The translations under genes were made by a program, and so were the position numbers. A stretch of DNA of 60,655 bases from Myxococcota bacterium (GTDB lineage Bacteria; Myxococcota_A; Polyangia; Polyangiales; Sandaracinaceae), in assembly GCA_036149055.1 (NCBI GenBank), contig JAYZQJ010000215.1:1-60655 (forward strand). The letters are read 5' to 3'. The notes beneath the pieces are model-generated. The model saw only the letters and a list, made by a program, of their open reading frames with translations, was not told where the DNA came from and made no database searches. Below, in pieces: positions 56,662 through 60,655 of this stretch (positions are counted from its first letter, which is position 1; the number at the start of each line of letters is the position of its first letter).

Positions 56662-59600
56662 TCAGTCGAGCGACGGAGGGCCGAGCACCCTGCCGGCGTG
56701 GCGGCCGGGGCGGGAGAGGGTGAGCTCTCCGGGGCCGAGGATCTCGAAGGACGGGTCTCGCGCGTGGGCGCGGGCGAGGCAGGCGGCGACGCGCTCCTCG
56801 CCGTAGGCCGCGAGGCGCTGGCGGGCGCGGTCGGCCTCGAGGGTGGGGAGCGAGGCGCGCGCGCCGAGGCGGGAGGCGAGGGTGTAGCGCTCGATGGCGA
56901 GGCACTCGACCGGGCGGACGAGCTCGTCGAGGGTCGCGCGGAGGGCGTCGTCGAGGCGGGCGCGCACCTCGTCACGCGCGGCCGGCGAGGCGCCTCGGAT
57001 CTGGCGTCGCACGTCGTCTGGCAGGGTCAGCCGGGACGCGAGCACCACCCGGACGAGCTCCTCGTAGCGCTCCCCCTGGCGACGCAGCGCCGCGATGCCC
57101 TCGCGGGCCCGGCCGATCGCGCGCACCTCCTCGTAGGCCTCGATGACCGGGCGGGCGCGGCCGCTCTCCTCGCGCACCCGGGCGCGCAGCGCGTCGACGA
57201 AGTGGCGCATGCTCGGCCGGCGCCCCGGGTCGATGGCGGGGTGGCTCGCGGCGGCGGCGCGGAGGTCGGCGAGGGCGAGGGCGGCGCGGGCGGCGAGCTC
57301 CGTCTCCTCGGCGCGCGGGGAGAGAGACGCGCCGGCGAAGACGCGGCGGGCTTCGGTCAGCGCGCGCTCCCGGGCCTCGGCGTCGCGCTGGGCGGCGGCC
57401 GCCTCGGCGCGCGCCCACCACGCGCGCACCGTGGGGGCGTCGACGCGCGCCTCGCGGCGCAGCCAGGCGTCGAGCGCGCGGGCGGCGGCGGGGGCGTCGC
57501 CGGCCTCGAGGCGGCTCTCGGCGGCGGCGAGGCGCGCGGCGCGAGCGAGGTCCCCGTCGAGGACCTCGGCCGCGCGGGCCCAGGCGTCCGCCGCCGCGTC
57601 GTGCCGACCGAGCCGCGCGGTCAGCAGCGCCGCGTTCACCATCGCGTCGCGTCGCCGCTCCGCCATCTCCGCGTCGCCGCCCGCGAACCGGGGCGCGCCG
57701 ATCAGCGTCTCGTAGCTCGCCAGCGCGCGCTCGTAGTCGAAGGCGCGCTGCGCCGCCCGGGCGAGCTGGAAGTGCGCGTCGGCCACCACCGCGTCCAGCT
57801 CCCGTCGCGCCGCCTCGTCCTCGCCGCGCCACGGCGCGATGTCGTCGACGATGCGCTGGTACAGGGTCGCGGCGGCGGCGGGCCGGTCCGCGTCGACGGC
57901 GAGGAGCTTCGCCGCGAGGTGCAGGGCGGCCGGGACCTGCGGGTGGCGCGGCTCTCGGTCGACGGTCGCGACGAGCTGGGCGGCGAGCCGCTCGGCGCGC
58001 TCCCGGCGCTCGGCGTCCGGCGCCCCTTCGGCGGTCGCGTCGAGGGCGTCGGCGGCGTCGCGCAGCCGCCGGAAGCGCACCGCGATCTCGAGCCTCGGCA
58101 CGTGCTCGCAGAGCTCGCCCTCGCAGCCTTCCGTCGCGACCGGCGGGCCGTCGGGGCTGAAGGTGCAGCGGCGCGCCCGGACCTCGCGGGTGAGCCGGTC
58201 GAGGGCGTCCAGATCCTCCCGGGCGGTCGCGATGGCGTGCATCGCCCACCAGGCGTCGCGCCCCAGCTCGGAGGCAGCGGGGCCGGCGCAGCGCGCGGCG
58301 AAGAGCCGGTCGAAGCGCGCCATCGCCGCGTCGGCCCAGCCGTATCGGTGGAGCAGCGCGGCGTTGTTGAAGGCGAACGCGTCCCGCACCCGCTCCTCGT
58401 CCTCCGCGGGCGTCACCCAGCGCACGTAGATCTCGCGGGCTCGCGCCACCCGGCGCAGCGGCTCCGGCACCTCGCGCGGCTCGGCGGCGGGGGTCTCGGG
58501 CAGCGTCACCCGGGCCGCCTCGGCCGCGCGGGCGTGGCTCTCCACGACCCGGCGCGCGGCGCGGGCGAAGTGGCGGTCGTCGACCCGGGAGTCGCGCACC
58601 GCGGCGTACGCCTCGGCCGCCTCCGTCCACCGCCCCGACCAGTAGAGCGCGTCGGCGAGGTCGTAGCGGATGGCGTAGGTGCTCGGGTGATTGGGGTGGG
58701 CCTCGGCGTAGCGGCGGTAGGCGTCGATCGCGCGCGCGTACTCGCGGCGCGCCTCGGCGCTCGCCCGTCGATCGGCGTCGGCGCGGTGCCGGAGCTGCTG
58801 CGCTCGCTGATGGTGGATGTGCCCCACCGTCTCGAGGGCGCGGCGGGCGAGCTGATCGAGGCGCGCCCGCTCCCGCGGGCAGTCCCCCGGCTCCCGCGTC
58901 GCGAGCTGCTCCAGCGTGTCGAGCGCCGCGTCCTCGTCGCCTCGCTGCCGCTGGGCGCGCACGATCGAGAGGTGCACGTCGGCGTCGTCGCAGCCCTGGA
59001 AGCCGGCGAGCCGGAGCCGCCACGCGAAGACGGCCTCGTCGGTGTGCGCCTGCTCGAAGAGCACGTCGCCGACCCGCCGGTAGACGTCCCGGGCCCACGC
59101 GCGGTCGTGGGGCCAGAGGCTCGGGTCCTCGAGCCGCTCGAGGGGGTGCGCGCCGCCGGCCGCGTGATCGGGCTGGCCGTCCTCGTCCCAGTCGTCCCAC
59201 GCGAGCGTCAGGGCGATGTACTGGAGCGCCTCCTCGCGCAGGTCGGAGCCGGCGCGCCCGGTCGTGCGCTCGACCTCGTCGGACCAGTCGACGAGCTGCG
59301 CGAAGCGCTCGATGGCCTCGGCGTAGTGGCCGGCGCGGTAGTGGGACCACGCGAGCTTGTAGAGGCCGAAGGCGAACAGCCGGTGCGAGGGGAGGGCGAC
59401 GACGCGGCGGTAGGCGCCGATGGCGTCGTCGAGCCGCGCGAGGTCGAAGTGCAGCTCCCCGAGCCGCAGCCACACCTCGCCCTCGAGGTCGTCTGGCCCG
59501 GTCCGTCGCGCGGCGACGCAGTCCTCGTAGCGAGGCGCGCGCGGCGGCGTCTCCGGGGTGAGCGCCGGGTGCGCTGCGGTCGGCTCGGGAGGCGCCGCCG

Positions 59601-60225
59601 CCGCCGGGTAGCGATGGCGGTTCGCGCAGACCATCGATCGGAACACCTCCACCGCCTCCGCCTCGCGGCCGCTCTCGGCGAGCGCCCAGCCGAGCAGATA
59701 GGCGGCGCGGTCGCGGCGCGCGTAGCCCTCGAACTCGAGCACGATCCGCCGCGCGGCGCCGATGGTCGGGCCGAGATCCGGGCGCTCGACGCGCCCCGCG
59801 TCGTAGTCCTCGAACGCGCGCTCGGTGTAGAGCTCGGCGAGCCGCAGGAGCGCGTCCGGCGTATGCCGCGGCGCCCGCGGGTGCGCCGCCACGAACGCCT
59901 CGAGCCGGGCGAGCGCGTCCCGTCGGGCCCGCGCCTCGAGCCGCCGCTCGGCCCGCAGCGAGAAGGCCCGTCGGCCCAGCACCGCGCGGCGCTCGGCCCG
60001 GGCGCGACGCTCGGCGAGGGCGTCGACGTCGCTCCGGTAGGCGCGCAGCCGATCGCCGAAGCGCGTCAGCTCCCCTTCCAGCTCTTCGAGCCCGGCCGCC
60101 GCCTCGTGCCCCGGCGCGGCGCGCCGGTCGCGCGGCCGCTCCGGCACCTCCAGCCAGCTGGGCTCCTGCGCCGCGCCCGGGGACGCGGCGAGGAGCAGCA
60201 GGAGTGAGAGGAGCACCGATCGCAT
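56662..60225 (-). CDS. Large exported TPR protein, resembling myxobacterial gliding-associated TPR proteins
   Basis: Signal peptide; TPDALLRLAELY, LYKLAWSHYR, SDLREEALQYIA; many TPR-like helices. Confidence 0.85.
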   Translation of the reverse strand: MRSVLLSLLLLLAASPGAAQEPSWLEVPERPRDRRAAPGHEAAAGLEELEGELTRFGDRLRAYRSDVDALAERRARAERRAVLGRRAFSLRAERRLEARARRDALARLEAFVAAHPRAPRHTPDALLRLAELYTERAFEDYDAGRVERPDLGPTIGAARRIVLEFEGYARRDRAAYLLGWALAESGREAEAVEVFRSMVCANRHRYPAAAAPPEPTAAHPALTPETPPRAPRYEDCVAARRTGPDDLEGEVWLRLGELHFDLARLDDAIGAYRRVVALPSHRLFAFGLYKLAWSHYRAGHYAEAIERFAQLVDWSDEVERTTGRAGSDLREEALQYIALTLAWDDWDEDGQPDHAAGGAHPLERLEDPSLWPHDRAWARDVYRRVGDVLFEQAHTDEAVFAWRLRLAGFQGCDDADVHLSIVRAQRQRGDEDAALDTLEQLATREPGDCPRERARLDQLARRALETVGHIHHQRAQQLRHRADADRRASAEARREYARAIDAYRRYAEAHPNHPSTYAIRYDLADALYWSGRWTEAAEAYAAVRDSRVDDRHFARAARRVVESHARAAEAARVTLPETPAAEPREVPEPLRRVARAREIYVRWVTPAEDEERVRDAFAFNNAALLHRYGWADAAMARFDRLFAARCAGPAASELGRDAWWAMHAIATAREDLDALDRLTREVRARRCTFSPDGPPVATEGCEGELCEHVPRLEIAVRFRRLRDAADALDATAEGAPDAERRERAERLAAQLVATVDREPRHPQVPAALHLAAKLLAVDADRPAAAATLYQRIVDDIAPWRGEDEAARRELDAVVADAHFQLARAAQRAFDYERALASYETLIGAPRFAGGDAEMAERRRDAMVNAALLTARLGRHDAAADAWARAAEVLDGDLARAARLAAAESRLEAGDAPAAARALDAWLRREARVDAPTVRAWWARAEAAAAQRDAEARERALTEARRVFAGASLSPRAEETELAARAALALADLRAAAASHPAIDPGRRPSMRHFVDALRARVREESGRARPVIEAYEEVRAIGRAREGIAALRRQGERYEELVRVVLASRLTLPDDVRRQIRGASPAARDEVRARLDDALRATLDELVRPVECLAIERYTLASRLGARASLPTLEADRARQRLAAYGEERVAACLARAHARDPSFEILGPGELTLSRPGRHAGRVLGPPSLD

Positions 60226-60304
60226 CGACCCTGTCATCATGGAGCCTCGCCCCCCACGACGCACACGCGCCCCCAACCGGCTCGTCCCCGGCGCAGCCGA
60301 GCTT

Positions 60305-60410
60305 CGTGCACGTCCTCGTACACGTACACGTCCTCGTGCACGTACGCGTCCTCGTGCACGTACACGTCCTCGTGCACGTACACGTCCTGGTGCACGTACA
60401 CGTCCTCGTG
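60305..60410. repeat. About 5.5 x 18-bp tandem repeat GTCCTCGTGCACGTACAC, family D
   Basis: Units start at 60312, 60330, 60348, 60366, 60384 and 60402. Confidence 0.92.
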
Positions 60411-60580
60411 GGCATGCACGGGCGGACCTGCGGGAAGGGTTGGCGGGCACGGCCTCCCACCTCCCTCAGTAGTTCCTGGACGACGAGCGTGTCGGGCTCG
60501 GGGGCGGGCTCGCCCCACAGGCCGACCAACTGACTTGCGAGTCGATGGCGGGTCGCAGCCTCGATGGCGAGGGCGCCTCT

Positions 60581-60655
60581 ACGGCAGGCGACGAGCGCAG
60601 CGAAGTCGCCGCACGCGCTACGACCCGTGTTCGATCCCGCGGCAGCGGGCGGCCA
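60581..60655 (+). repeat. Dispersed palindromic repeat, family A, copy 3 (cut by the window end)
   Basis: Aligns with 34777-34862 and with the reverse complement of 19-102. Confidence 0.9.

Noticed and set aside
60305..60410. Possible CRISPR arrays here, at 109-216 and at 21410-21830
   Set aside because: The units are contiguous with no unique spacers, and no cas genes are present.

Overview
Very GC-rich chromosomal DNA, most likely from a Myxococcota bacterium. The evidence is MYXO-CTERM tails, an FHA-sigma54 activator, a PP2C-cNMP phosphatase and myxobacterial-type LexA boxes. About 48 genes are supportable. They include DNA repair genes (imuA, imuB, dnaE2, uvrA, ATP-dependent ligase, mfd), tyrS, dapA, many signalling proteins and many lipoproteins. 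The most notable observations are: (1) three matching LexA boxes, including a separate one for dnaE2, which is split from imuAB by a diguanylate cyclase and a degenerate PP2C; (2) an HUH/RAYT-like transposase in the same window as at least four families of palindromic intergenic repeats, one of which is a ~115-bp element sitting on TGA stop codons; (3) an amidase fused through an internal MYXO-CTERM and a second lipobox to a beta-propeller; (4) a hybrid kinase lacking its phospho-acceptor His; (5) a Tat lipoprotein built from three TDxDxG repeats, divergent from an FHA-LuxR regulator. No rRNA, tRNA or CRISPR array was found. All calls come from reading motifs by eye; no searches were run.
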